Positions 37,203 through 48,431 of a stretch of DNA of 64,000 bases are shown here, one piece after another. The stretch is from Bryobacterales bacterium (GTDB taxonomy: Bacteria > Acidobacteriota > Terriglobia > Bryobacterales > Bryobacteraceae). Position 1 is the stretch's first letter, and every line of letters starts with the position of its first letter. The position numbers and the translations under genes are program-made. The notes below the pieces were generated by a model. The model was given only the letters and a program-made list of their open reading frames with translations, did no database searches and was not told where the DNA came from. The stretch is taken from the NCBI GenBank assembly GCA_963752695.1, contig CAVVZB010000001.1, positions 430,989 to 494,988 of the forward strand, given 5' to 3'.

Positions 37203-38473
37203 AACGGTCGTACGATCGTGGCCCCGTAAGTCAGCGTAGGTAGAGCGACGTTGCCGCCGCTGAAATTGCAAACGCGAATTGCGACTACGCCCGCAGCACT
37301 TACCCGCGCCATGCCGAAGAATCCCGCTGGCAAAGCAGGCCATCCTGGTACCACGCTGTCAGTCACTTGCGCGCCCGGCAGGGGAACGGTAAGTTCCCCG
37401 CTGCAAGCAGCCGTGTTCACGGTAGGAAACGTTAGCGGGGCTGAGCCTGCGATGGCCGTTGCTCCCATTCCAACCCCGCCCGAGCCGTTAACCGAACATC
37501 TTCCACTTTGCGGCGTGGCGAATTTGACCGTGACGTTGTACGTGGCCGGATCAATCGTAATCTGGCCCGGTTCAATCAGATTCGCTGGCGCGGCGTTATC
37601 ATAGCAACTCACCAGCAGGTTCGCAGTATTCAGATTGTGCTGGGTGCCCGCAATGGACAGCAAAGTGGTTCCCGTGAATGCCACGCTGTAATTAGGCGGC
37701 ACCTGCAGGGTTGTGGGCGTCCACGTACTATTCGTATTACTCCAACTCAAAAGCTGACCGCTAATCGGCGCGGCGCTGGAAACCGTTCGACCTTGTAAGC
37801 CCGCAACCGTAAGCGCGGCTGGCGCGCCGTTCACGTCGCCTCCAATCGCCACAGGCTCCCAGAAACCGGTCATGCCATTGAACTTGAGGAGTTGCCCATC
37901 GGTGGGGGCGAGCGATGAAACACCGCGGCCCTGCAGACCATTGACAGTCAGAGTCGACGGGTTGCCGTGGACATCGCCCGCCAGTGCGGCCGGCTCCCAA
38001 ACATTGCTGCCCGCGTTGAAGCGAAGCAGCTGGCCGTCTGTGGGTGTCGCCGTCGAAAGAGTTTTCCCGCGAAGCCCGCCGACCGTAAGAGCCGAGGGCG
38101 CGCCGCTCACGTCGCCGCCGATGGCTTGCCACACCGGATTACTCCCGTCCGTGCTCAGCAACTTGCCTGCGTTATTCAGTTCTGTGGGTACGAGACTGGA
38201 CTGCGGCACAGCTCCACCTTGAAGCGCCCAAGTGTTGGCAGCAGCGCAGACATAAAGGTTTTGTCCGGCGGGCGCCGAGCTCAGGAAGAAAAACTCTCCT
38301 TGGCCGCAGCTCGCGGGAAGTGTCGAGCCCATTCGGGCCGGTTTAGTTGCCGTGGCAGCGCTGAAGTCGACGCTCCTGGTCTGATTGCGCAGATCGAGCT
38401 TACTCTGACTGCCAAGCGGCGCCGCGCCTAAAATCAATATTGCGGAGCAACTCCGCATCACTCTTAAGTTCAT
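37199..38473 (-). CDS. Secreted fibre-like protein with three 46-aa repeats, 424 aa
   Basis: Start ATG 38473 (SD-like AGGTAGGG), signal peptide, Cys-pair module, three tandem GDVxG..TVxGLxG..PxxGQLLx(F/W)..WxP repeats, beta-rich C-terminal domains with Cys pairs. Confidence 0.8.
   Translation of the reverse strand: MNLRVMRSCSAILILGAAPLGSQSKLDLRNQTRSVDFSAATATKPARMGSTLPASCGQGEFFFLSSAPAGQNLYVCAAANTWALQGGAVPQSSLVPTELNNAGKLLSTDGSNPVWQAIGGDVSGAPSALTVGGLRGKTLSTATPTDGQLLRFNAGSNVWEPAALAGDVHGNPSTLTVNGLQGRGVSSLAPTDGQLLKFNGMTGFWEPVAIGGDVNGAPAALTVAGLQGRTVSSAAPISGQLLSWSNTNSTWTPTTLQVPPNYSVAFTGTTLLSIAGTQHNLNTANLLVSCYDNAAPANLIEPGQITIDPATYNVTVKFATPQSGRCSVNGSGGVGMGATAIAGSAPLTFPTVNTAACSGELTVPLPGAQVTDSVVPGWPALPAGFFGMARVSAAGVVAIRVCNFSGGNVALPTLTYGATIVRPF
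37706..38119 (-). repeat. Three tandem 138-bp (46-aa) repeats
   Basis: GGDVSGAPSALTVGGLRG... / AGDVHGNPSTLTVNGLQG... / GGDVNGAPAALTVAGLQG... Confidence 0.9.
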
Positions 38474-38604
38474 CGAATCCCTACCTGCCTTTACGAAAGC
38501 AGATAGCGGTGCTCCGCGAGCCCGCCAGGGCACGCAAGTCACTGTAGGAATTCGACAGAAAAAGTTTGCGCCGGGGTGAACGGCCAGACGTCCTAACCCC
38601 GCCT

Positions 38605-41034
38605 TCACCCTGCCGCCACAAACTCCTGAGCCGGAAAGATCATCTCAAAGTCAGTTCCGGAATGGTTGCAAAATTGGAACGTCCCGGCCAGTTGATGGGA
38701 AAGTATCTGCACGATTTTCAAGCCTAGGGTGTCCGACTTGGTCCAATCTAAAGCCGCGGGGATGCCGACCCCATCGTCTTTGACAGTGAGATGGAAGTTC
38801 CCGACGTCGTCCCGGGCGAAACCTACCCGGATCGTGCCAGGGCGGCCTTGCGGAAATGCATACTTAAACGCGTTCGAGAGAAGCTCGTTCAGAATCAGGC
38901 CGCACGGGATAGCTGTGTCGATCGGAAGCTCAATCGGGTCGGCCTCGATTTTTACGGCGATTCGCTCGGGTGACGCAAACGCCGTATAAAGTTCGTTCGC
39001 CAGCGTTTCAGCGTACTCGTCAAAGCACACCCGGCTGAGGTTCTTGGTTCCGTAGAGATGCTCGTGAATCAGCGCCATGGAGTAGACGCGCCGCTGACTT
39101 TCGAGCAACGGCTTCAGAGCGTCTTCGTTCTGCACAACGTCGGCTTGCATCTCCAGCAGGCTGGCCACTACGGTGAGATTGTTCTTCACCCGATGATGCA
39201 CCTCTTTCAGCAGAACCGTCTTTTCGGCCAGCGCGCTTTCCAGCCTTTCGGAGCGCTCCGCCAAGCCGATCTCCAGCCGCTTCCGCGCCGTAATATCCGT
39301 GGCCACTTTAAGGAAGCCGACCACATTTCCACTGCCATCGCGGATCGCGCTGGTGGAAAGACTAACAAATAGAGTGCTGCCGTCTTTCCGTACATAAGTC
39401 CATTCGCGCTCGCCAGTTCGCCCCGCGATCACTGGCGCCGAGAAGACCTCAAAGCCCTCGATATTACGCCCTAACTGCTTACCGACAATAATGGCTTGCT
39501 CGCGGCGCTCTTCGACGGTATGGAACTGGACAGGCGTGTAGATCCCGATCACTTCGTCCGCCCTGTATTGCAGCATCCGCTCCGCGCCAGGGTTGAATAT
39601 CGAAATGATCCCCTTGGGATCTGTGACAATAATCGCCACCTCCGTTGCACTCCTCACGATGGCGGAAAGATAGGTTTGACTTTCCGCGAGAGAGTGATTC
39701 AGCAGCACCAAACTAGCTTCGGCCTCTTTGCGGTTCGTAATGTCGAGAACGAACGCGATGCCCCCGCTGGAATCAACGTTTGTAACGGCGGCTCCTAACT
39801 CAACGGAGACGCGGCTTCCATCTTTCCGAAAGAACTCTTTTTCGACAGGCTTGGCGGCGCCAACACGCTGTAACTGTTCGAGCACGTCTTGATCCTGCGC
39901 CAAGTACTCGGCGGGCGTGAGTGCAACCCAATCTAACGTGCCAGCCTGCAAATCCTGTTTGTCATAACCGATAATCTCCAGGAACTTTCCGTTGCAATCG
40001 AAGATGGCGCCGTCGGGCTTCCAGTGAAAAACGCCCATCAGATCGGACTCATAAAGAGCCCGTTGCCGCTCCTGGCTTCGGCGTTGGTCCTCCACGTCCG
40101 TGTTCGTCCCTACCCACCGGACCACGCGCCCCTCACGGTTTTTCACTGGCGCCGCGCGCGTGGTAAACATGCGAAAATTGCCGTCCGCGCCTCGCAGCGG
40201 GAACTCCATCACCCATTGCGCATCGGATTCCAAGGCCCGTTTCCACTGGTCCAACACGATATCCAGGTACTTGGGGTCGTGCACCGCCTTCCAGCCCCAA
40301 CCTTGCATTTGTTCCGGCGTCGTCCCGGTGTACTCGTACCAGCGTTGGTTATACCAGTAGATCCAGCCATCAGCGTCCCCAACCCAGGCAAGCTGTTGGA
40401 TCGAATTGGCGATCAACTGGAAGTCACTCTCGCCCAAGTGGTTATAGCGGGCGTTGGTTCGCTCAAGTTGTTCTATGGTGGAGGCGAGCTGGGAGTCGAC
40501 GCGGGCCAGTTCCCCAGTCTGCGTATGCAGCAGGCCTTGCAACTCTTCGTTCAGACGCCGGATTTCCTGTTCGGAAAGAGAGCGCTCCGCGGCTTGCCTG
40601 AGCAGACTCACATTGGCTGCTTCCAGCCGCGTCTGACGGTCGGTTGAGACTTGAGCCTCGACGATCATCTGCATCACTTTTGGAATAGCTCTCGGCAGCA
40701 TGAAGGCAGTAGTCACCGAAGCGGCGGCCGTGACCATCTTGACCGCGCCGGAAAGCCAATACAGGGGAGTCCAGACCGTCCACACCTCCATCAGGTGGGT
40801 GCCGCCGCAAGCGATGATAAAGGTTCCAAAAGCCAAAAAGAGCCAGTGGAAGGGTATGTCACGCTGTGCCCGGCGAACCAGCATCCATAGCGTTACGGAA
40901 ATTGCTATGTACGAGAGGCCGATGAGCAGGTCGCTAGTTACGTGAATCCCCACCAAAGCTGGGTTCCACATATAACAGTGCCCATGCGAGAGGAATGCAT
41001 GGGCGTCAAAGAATCGGTGGATGAACTTAGGCAT
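38605..41034 (-). CDS. Sensor histidine kinase: ethylene-receptor-like 3-TM domain + 3 PAS + HisKA_2 + HATPase
   Basis: SDLLIGLSY, FGTFIIACGGTH, KMVTAAAS; PAS/PAC repeats; EVHHRVKNN; ELLSNAFKYAF, DDGVG, LGL. Confidence 0.9.
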   Translation of the reverse strand: MPKFIHRFFDAHAFLSHGHCYMWNPALVGIHVTSDLLIGLSYIAISVTLWMLVRRAQRDIPFHWLFLAFGTFIIACGGTHLMEVWTVWTPLYWLSGAVKMVTAAASVTTAFMLPRAIPKVMQMIVEAQVSTDRQTRLEAANVSLLRQAAERSLSEQEIRRLNEELQGLLHTQTGELARVDSQLASTIEQLERTNARYNHLGESDFQLIANSIQQLAWVGDADGWIYWYNQRWYEYTGTTPEQMQGWGWKAVHDPKYLDIVLDQWKRALESDAQWVMEFPLRGADGNFRMFTTRAAPVKNREGRVVRWVGTNTDVEDQRRSQERQRALYESDLMGVFHWKPDGAIFDCNGKFLEIIGYDKQDLQAGTLDWVALTPAEYLAQDQDVLEQLQRVGAAKPVEKEFFRKDGSRVSVELGAAVTNVDSSGGIAFVLDITNRKEAEASLVLLNHSLAESQTYLSAIVRSATEVAIIVTDPKGIISIFNPGAERMLQYRADEVIGIYTPVQFHTVEERREQAIIVGKQLGRNIEGFEVFSAPVIAGRTGEREWTYVRKDGSTLFVSLSTSAIRDGSGNVVGFLKVATDITARKRLEIGLAERSERLESALAEKTVLLKEVHHRVKNNLTVVASLLEMQADVVQNEDALKPLLESQRRVYSMALIHEHLYGTKNLSRVCFDEYAETLANELYTAFASPERIAVKIEADPIELPIDTAIPCGLILNELLSNAFKYAFPQGRPGTIRVGFARDDVGNFHLTVKDDGVGIPAALDWTKSDTLGLKIVQILSHQLAGTFQFCNHSGTDFEMIFPAQEFVAAG

Positions 41035-41068
41035 CGGCGAAGGTCTCCTCGCGGTTTAATCGCCCCGC

Positions 41069-43021
41069 TTACGGGTGGTTGCCAATACGTTGGACCTTAT
41101 TCAGCAAGAGGCTGACCTGCTCCAGCAGTTGATTCTGGCGAAATGGTTTGCGGAGCAGCGTGACTTGGTCGGGATCAAGGTCGTGATCCCGCAGCAGATC
41201 CCCGGAAAAGCCCGTAACGAAGATCGTCTTCATCGCCGGACTAACCATGCGCAGACGCTTGCTGAGCTCCGGACCGGTCATCTTAGGCATCATCACGTCG
41301 GTGATCAGTAGATCCACCGCGTGCTTTCCCGCCGCTGCTACTTCAAGCGCCTGCACGCCCGATTCCGCTGTCAGCAGCTGATACCCGCTTGCTTCGAGAC
41401 TCGACACTAAAACCCGAAGTACGGCTGGATCGTCATCCACCACCAGAAGCGTTCGGTCATCCGCCTCCACAGACAATTGTTTCTCCGGCGCGGGTACGGC
41501 CTTTGCGTCTCCATTGGCGCGCGGCAGGTAGATTGTGAAGGTGCTTCCCAGGCCAGGCTCGCTGTCGACGTCGACGCTTCCGCCCAAGTCGCGAACGATT
41601 CCATCGACAATGGAAAGCCCCAGCCCGGTTCCCTTGCCCGCGAACTTGGTCGTGAAAAATGGCTCGAACAGATGTTCGGCCGTTTTGGCGTCCATCCCCT
41701 TACCGGTGTCTTCCACAATCAGAGCCACGTAGCGGGTGACCTGACTGATCGAAGCTCCCTGGCTTTCCAGATCCACGTTGCGCGTTTGGATCGTCAAGTG
41801 ACCGCCGTCCGGCATCGCGTCGCGCGCATTGGTGATCAGATTCATCAGGACTTCGGTCAGGGCCGTCGGATCGGCGCGAACCAATCCGAGGTTCGGCGCC
41901 AGCGAACAACTGAAGCTGATATCGGGTCCTAGCAGGTGAAGGCTGAGATCCTCCAGATTGCGGACCACGTCATTCATGTTGACCACGCTCGCTTCCATGC
42001 TCTTCTTGCTGCTGAAAGTCAGCAGCTTGCGCGTGATATCAGCCGCCATTTCGCCCGCTTGAATGATCTGGTTGAGCGATTTAGTCAGCGCGGGATTGGC
42101 TGGAAAATTGGCCAGCGTCACCTCCGCTGTTCCTAGAATCACGGTCAGAAGATTGTTGAAGTCATGCGCCACGCCAGCGGCCAGACGTCCCACCGCCAAA
42201 ATCTTGTGATCGTGCCGGACCTCTTGCTCTTCCATCAAACGCTCGCTCGCGTTGCGGAACGTGATGACCGCGCCGGCCGTGCCGCGATCGTCTAGGCTCG
42301 GAGCGATCTCGCAATCGATGGGGAAGGTGGCCCCGCTTACATGCCGGGCTTCCACGTTTCGTGGGAGCGCGCTCGGGCTATTCTGCATGATGGCTTTCAG
42401 CAGCTGCTTGTTCATGGAGAGCTCAAGGCTTGGGTTAACCAGCGGCAATACGCGCGCGATGGGCTGTCCGGCTGCCTCGCTCGATTGCCAACCCGTTAAC
42501 TGCTCGGCGTGCGCATTGAGGAATTGGACCATCCCCAGCGCGTCGCTCACAATCACGCCATCTTCCATGCTCGCCAGGACCGTGTTCAGCCATGCCCGCT
42601 GTTGACGAAGCTCGGTTTCCACCCGGTGGCGGAATAGCGCGATCTCAATCGCCGTGAACAGATTAGCCTGTTGCACCGGCTTCGGTAAATAAGCGAATGG
42701 CTCCGTGATCTTCGCCCGGTTCAGCGTCTCCACGTCGGAGTGCGCCGTGAGATACACCACCGGTATCTCGTACAGTTCCTTTACCCGCTCGGCTACTTCG
42801 ATCCCGTTCATTCGCCCGCTCAGATGAATGTCCATCAGGATAAGCTGCGGGCGCAGATCGGAAACCTTCTCTAGAGCCTCTTCTCCGGAACCGGCAATAC
42901 CGGCAACTTGGTACCCGGCCCGGCGTAAGCTCGTTGCGATGCTATGGGCAATCAGCCCCTCATCTTCAACGACGAACACTCGGGCTTGAGTATTCTCCAT
43001 CTGGGTCATCGGTTGCGCCAA
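41069..43021 (-). CDS. Hybrid sensor kinase REC-PAS-HisKA-HATPase-REC
   Basis: VVEDE..LMDI..KP; AHDFNNLL; EPFFTTK..GKGTGLGL; VDDD..LITDV.MP..KP. Confidence 0.92.
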   Translation of the reverse strand: MAQPMTQMENTQARVFVVEDEGLIAHSIATSLRRAGYQVAGIAGSGEEALEKVSDLRPQLILMDIHLSGRMNGIEVAERVKELYEIPVVYLTAHSDVETLNRAKITEPFAYLPKPVQQANLFTAIEIALFRHRVETELRQQRAWLNTVLASMEDGVIVSDALGMVQFLNAHAEQLTGWQSSEAAGQPIARVLPLVNPSLELSMNKQLLKAIMQNSPSALPRNVEARHVSGATFPIDCEIAPSLDDRGTAGAVITFRNASERLMEEQEVRHDHKILAVGRLAAGVAHDFNNLLTVILGTAEVTLANFPANPALTKSLNQIIQAGEMAADITRKLLTFSSKKSMEASVVNMNDVVRNLEDLSLHLLGPDISFSCSLAPNLGLVRADPTALTEVLMNLITNARDAMPDGGHLTIQTRNVDLESQGASISQVTRYVALIVEDTGKGMDAKTAEHLFEPFFTTKFAGKGTGLGLSIVDGIVRDLGGSVDVDSEPGLGSTFTIYLPRANGDAKAVPAPEKQLSVEADDRTLLVVDDDPAVLRVLVSSLEASGYQLLTAESGVQALEVAAAGKHAVDLLITDVMMPKMTGPELSKRLRMVSPAMKTIFVTGFSGDLLRDHDLDPDQVTLLRKPFRQNQLLEQVSLLLNKVQRIGNHP

Positions 43022-43179
43022 TTCTCTAGTCCTCTCTTTGTAACCTCGGGGGCGCTGAACATAACGGGAATTATCCCCGCCATGGAACTACCATCCAGCG
43101 CCACTGGTTTCAACTCCAGTAAGACGTATCTCCAAAGCTGTCGAAATCTCACCAGACAAAACATTTTTAAGTGATACTT

Positions 43180-43192
43180 TTGACTTACAAGT
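43180..43192. repeat. 13-bp direct repeat TTGACTTACAAGT, copy 1
   Basis: Exact match to 44008-44020. Confidence 0.85.
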
Positions 43193-43917
43193 TAGCTTGA
43201 TCCGGCGACCAGACGCTTCAGTTCCGCCGTCTTGTCCGGGTCAAGCAGATTGTTCGACTCGGCAAGCTCCAGGATCTCCGCTGCAGCCATTCGAACCTGC
43301 GCCTTCGATAGAGGCGCCTTCTCGATTAGCTTGGACTCATTGTGCTTAGCCGTCGCGAGTTCCGCGCGCCGAAGCTGTTCCGTGTACCAGCGCAGCGAAG
43401 CGCAAATGGCGGCTGAAAATTCAGCGGCGCCATGGCTGGTACGTTCACTCTGCTCGAGCCGCAATTCCCGCCGTATCTCAAGCAGAACCTGCGTGGCCCT
43501 GGCTGCGCACCGGCTGAGTGTTTCGAACACGTTGGACTTCGCGCATTCGTCCCGGTAAGCGTAAGCCTGTGAGACAATCGTCTCGGTTACGGCGTCAGTT
43601 TGGCGATCGCTCTTGGCGCTGTTGTCCAAGCGGTCCGCATTCAGGAGGTTACACTCCAGCGCGCTCGCCCGATTGAGCCACCAGTTCGCGTCAATCACCT
43701 TCTGCGCCAGCTGCTCCTCGTGATAACCCACGGGCTGCAGAACCTTCAGATATGCAATTGCGCTACGAAGGTACGCGATTACCTCGCCCGCCGGCATGAA
43801 CTGCTTTTGGCCGGAGATGGCATTCTCAAAACCTTGCATCTCGATTTTCTGTTTGCCACTGGGCTTTTGTCCCGAAAGCGCGGCAACCTGTTGTAATAAA
43901 TCGGAAGAGCTGTTCAT
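43192..43917 (-). CDS. Hypothetical helical protein, 241 aa
   Basis: AAAGGGG SD before ATG 43917; LQPVGYHEEQLA..WWLNRA..LE motif; lies between the two 13-bp repeats. Confidence 0.7.
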   Translation of the reverse strand: MNSSSDLLQQVAALSGQKPSGKQKIEMQGFENAISGQKQFMPAGEVIAYLRSAIAYLKVLQPVGYHEEQLAQKVIDANWWLNRASALECNLLNADRLDNSAKSDRQTDAVTETIVSQAYAYRDECAKSNVFETLSRCAARATQVLLEIRRELRLEQSERTSHGAAEFSAAICASLRWYTEQLRRAELATAKHNESKLIEKAPLSKAQVRMAAAEILELAESNNLLDPDKTAELKRLVAGSS

Positions 43918-44007
43918 GACAACCCCCTTTCTGATCCGACGGTACATGGACAGACAGGAGCGCGGGCTTACTTCACCCGTAAGTGACTGGATTCGCTAAG
44001 AAGATAG

Positions 44008-44020
44008 TTGACTTACAAGT
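44008..44020. repeat. 13-bp direct repeat TTGACTTACAAGT, copy 2
   Basis: Exact match to 43180-43192, 828 bp apart. Confidence 0.85.
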
Positions 44021-44031
44021 GTGAATGCAGC

Positions 44032-45948
<1,917 letters not shown>

Positions 45949-45965
45949 GCCGAAATCTTATCAAC

Positions 45966-46394
45966 TCAGTCGCGCGAATCAGCTCCGCGCCGCAGCCCCG
46001 TGCGCAATACCAAATAAATCAACATCCCCACCGGACCCATCAGGAACGTGAGCAGCAAACACGGAATCACGGCCAGGTGCAGAATCTTCAAGCGCCGCGA
46101 ATCGCGAACCATCCACGCCCCGACAAACAAATCGAAAGCCAGAAAGTGTACCCAGCCCGAAAGCACGAGTCCCGGATTCTGAAACAGATACTCGACCGCC
46201 GCTAGCGATTTGAAATTCAGGTGCAGCCCGTTGAAGTTGACGATAAACAGAGCAATGTAAGCCACCGCCAGCAGCATCGGGAGCGTGAACATCGCAATGC
46301 GTTGCGTCCACCTCCACTTCGGCGCGAGCAACAACAACGCCCATCCCGGCAGGACGGCGATGTTAACCAGCAGGAAAATCGTTTCATTCCGCAT
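45966..46394 (-). CDS. ABA4-like (DUF4281) membrane protein
   Basis: PGWALLLLAPKW, GWVHFLAFDLFVG, LLTFLMGPVG. Confidence 0.82.
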   Translation of the reverse strand: MRNETIFLLVNIAVLPGWALLLLAPKWRWTQRIAMFTLPMLLAVAYIALFIVNFNGLHLNFKSLAAVEYLFQNPGLVLSGWVHFLAFDLFVGAWMVRDSRRLKILHLAVIPCLLLTFLMGPVGMLIYLVLRTGLRRGADSRD

Positions 46395-46414
46395 GCGCGC
46401 TTAGAACGCCCGCC

Positions 46415-47515
46415 TCAAGCGCCAGCCGCCTTGGCGAGCACCGCCGCTACCGCTCTCATATCTTCTTCCTCGCCTAGCAACACGCGGTGCGGAAGCCAGA
46501 AGGCGTCTTTCACACGGGCTTCGGCCACCGGACACGGCATCACGCGGCAGCCGCCGCGCTCATACACCGGATTGCGGTAAAGCGGATGCGGATAGAAGGC
46601 CGTGCACGGCACGCCCGCCGCGGTCACCTCTTTCTGGAATCGGTCACGGTTTGCGACCGTGCCCAAGAACAAATAGTTCGTATGCACCCGCGAACCGTCA
46701 AGCACGCGCGGAAACCTCATGCCCGGCACATCGCGCAATGCGTCCCGCAATGCCCGCGCATTCCGCTCCCGTGTACGGTTCTGCTCAGGCAGCCGCTCCA
46801 GCTGGGCAATCAGCACGGCCGCCTGCAACGCAGTTAAGCGATAGTTGGTGCCCACCTCGTAATGAAAAAACCAGCCGCCATCCGGCTTGCGGCCCTGGTC
46901 GGTGATCGACCGGACTCGCGCCGCAAACCCGTCGTCGTTCGACGTCAGGGCGCCGCCTTCACCGGCCGTCATCACCTTCGAATTCTGAAAGCTGAACGAA
47001 CCCGCCAGTCCGATGCTGCCCGAGCGCCGGCCTTCCCACTCCGAGCCGTGGGCATGTGCCGCGTCCTCGATCAAACAAGCGCCTGCGCCGCGGCTAATCT
47101 CGAGCAGCCGGCGCATGTCCGCCATCGGCCCGCCGAAATGCACCGCCAGAATCGCCGCCGTCTTATTCGTGATCGCCTGTTCCACGCAATCCGAATTCAT
47201 GTTAAACGTGTCGTCGATATCCACGAAAACCGGCGTCGCACCCCGCCGCGAGACCGCGCTTGCCGTGGCCACGAAGCTGATTGCTGGAACAATCACTTCG
47301 TCCCCCGGTCCAATCCCCGCTGCTTCCAGCGCCATCTCCAGCGTCACCGTCCCATTCGCCGCGGCAATCCCATGCCGGCATTGCTGAAACTCAGCGAAAC
47401 GCGCTTCGAACTCCGCAACGAACGGGTGAAACCCGCCCCAGCGATCGCTCTCTAACACCTGCCGCACCAGTTCGCGGTCGCGTTCGGTCGCTATCGGCCA
47501 CGAAGGAACGTTCAT
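46415..47515 (-). CDS. DegT/DnrJ/EryC1/StrS PLP-dependent aminotransferase
   Basis: NGTVTL, EDAAHAHG, SFQNSK..TAGEGG, GTNYR. Confidence 0.92.
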   Translation of the reverse strand: MNVPSWPIATERDRELVRQVLESDRWGGFHPFVAEFEARFAEFQQCRHGIAAANGTVTLEMALEAAGIGPGDEVIVPAISFVATASAVSRRGATPVFVDIDDTFNMNSDCVEQAITNKTAAILAVHFGGPMADMRRLLEISRGAGACLIEDAAHAHGSEWEGRRSGSIGLAGSFSFQNSKVMTAGEGGALTSNDDGFAARVRSITDQGRKPDGGWFFHYEVGTNYRLTALQAAVLIAQLERLPEQNRTRERNARALRDALRDVPGMRFPRVLDGSRVHTNYLFLGTVANRDRFQKEVTAAGVPCTAFYPHPLYRNPVYERGGCRVMPCPVAEARVKDAFWLPHRVLLGEEEDMRAVAAVLAKAAGA

Positions 47516-47537
47516 ACTGTCAAGGATAGAGGAGCCG

Positions 47538-47798
47538 ATGAGCGTCTACGACGAAATGCGCGACGAACTCGACAAACACGAGTTCATGTTCGGCGTCCCC
47601 CGCGGCCGTCTTGCCGTTGCTCTCGACCGCTTGACAGACGCATTGGTCCTGGTCGGCCAGCACGGCATCTATTGTCAGAGCGCCCGCCAGCCCGGCCGTC
47701 CCGCAATGGATATCCAGCTGATTTCGAAAGCCCTCGCCGACGCGAAAGAACTGGTCGGCAGCGCCCTTACGGAGCTGAAACACCCACGAACGGATTGA
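47538..47798 (+). CDS. Hypothetical protein, 86 aa
   Basis: GAGGAG SD before ATG; helical composition. Confidence 0.65.
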   Translation: MSVYDEMRDELDKHEFMFGVPRGRLAVALDRLTDALVLVGQHGIYCQSARQPGRPAMDIQLISKALADAKELVGSALTELKHPRTD

Positions 47799-48405
47799 AT
47801 CGTTTCTCCCGCTCAATCGTCGTGTTGCGCCCATGCCCCGGAATCACCACCGTGGGGTCGGGCAGGCGGAACAACTTCTCCCGGATCGATTCCACAATCT
47901 TCTTGCTGTTTCCTCCCGGCAAATCCGTTCGTCCGACCGTGTCGAAGAACAGCGTATCCCCCGCAATCAGCTTCCCTTCCATCGGAACGAACAAGCTGAT
48001 ACTCCCCGGTGTGTGGCCGGGCGTATGGATCACGTGAAATCCAGTCTCACCTACCGTCAGCGTTTCCCCTTCCTTGGCGTCCCGGTCCACGTGCGGGTTC
48101 TTAGCAAACGGCATCCCCACCCACGCCGCCTGCAAGGGCAGGCTCATCGCCGTTATTTCGTCCGCCGCGTTCATCCAAATCGGCGCGCCGGTCAGCTTCC
48201 GCAGCTTATCGGCCCCGCCAATGTGATCGATATGTGCGTGCGTCACCACAATCGCTTTCACTTTCAACTGGTCCCGATCCAGGATCTCCAGGACCTTCTC
48301 GATCTCCGCGCCTGGATCGATCACAATCGCCTCGCGCGTTGTCTCGTCCCCAAACACCGAGCAGTTGCACTGCAGCACGCCGACCGGAAACACCTCGTGG
48401 ATCAT
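47767..48405 (-). CDS. MBL-fold metallo-hydrolase (glyoxalase II/YcbL-like)
   Basis: THAHIDH, HTPGHTPG, GDTLF, PGHG. Confidence 0.92.
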   Translation of the reverse strand: MIHEVFPVGVLQCNCSVFGDETTREAIVIDPGAEIEKVLEILDRDQLKVKAIVVTHAHIDHIGGADKLRKLTGAPIWMNAADEITAMSLPLQAAWVGMPFAKNPHVDRDAKEGETLTVGETGFHVIHTPGHTPGSISLFVPMEGKLIAGDTLFFDTVGRTDLPGGNSKKIVESIREKLFRLPDPTVVIPGHGRNTTIEREKRFNPFVGVSAP

Positions 48406-48431
48406 TCGTCGCTATCATACGATCAGACCCC

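Noticed and set aside
46415-47515. DegT aminotransferase as the start of an antibiotic (AHBA/aminoglycoside) cluster
   Set aside because: Neighbours are acs, an ABA4-like protein and an MBL hydrolase; no companion biosynthetic genes.
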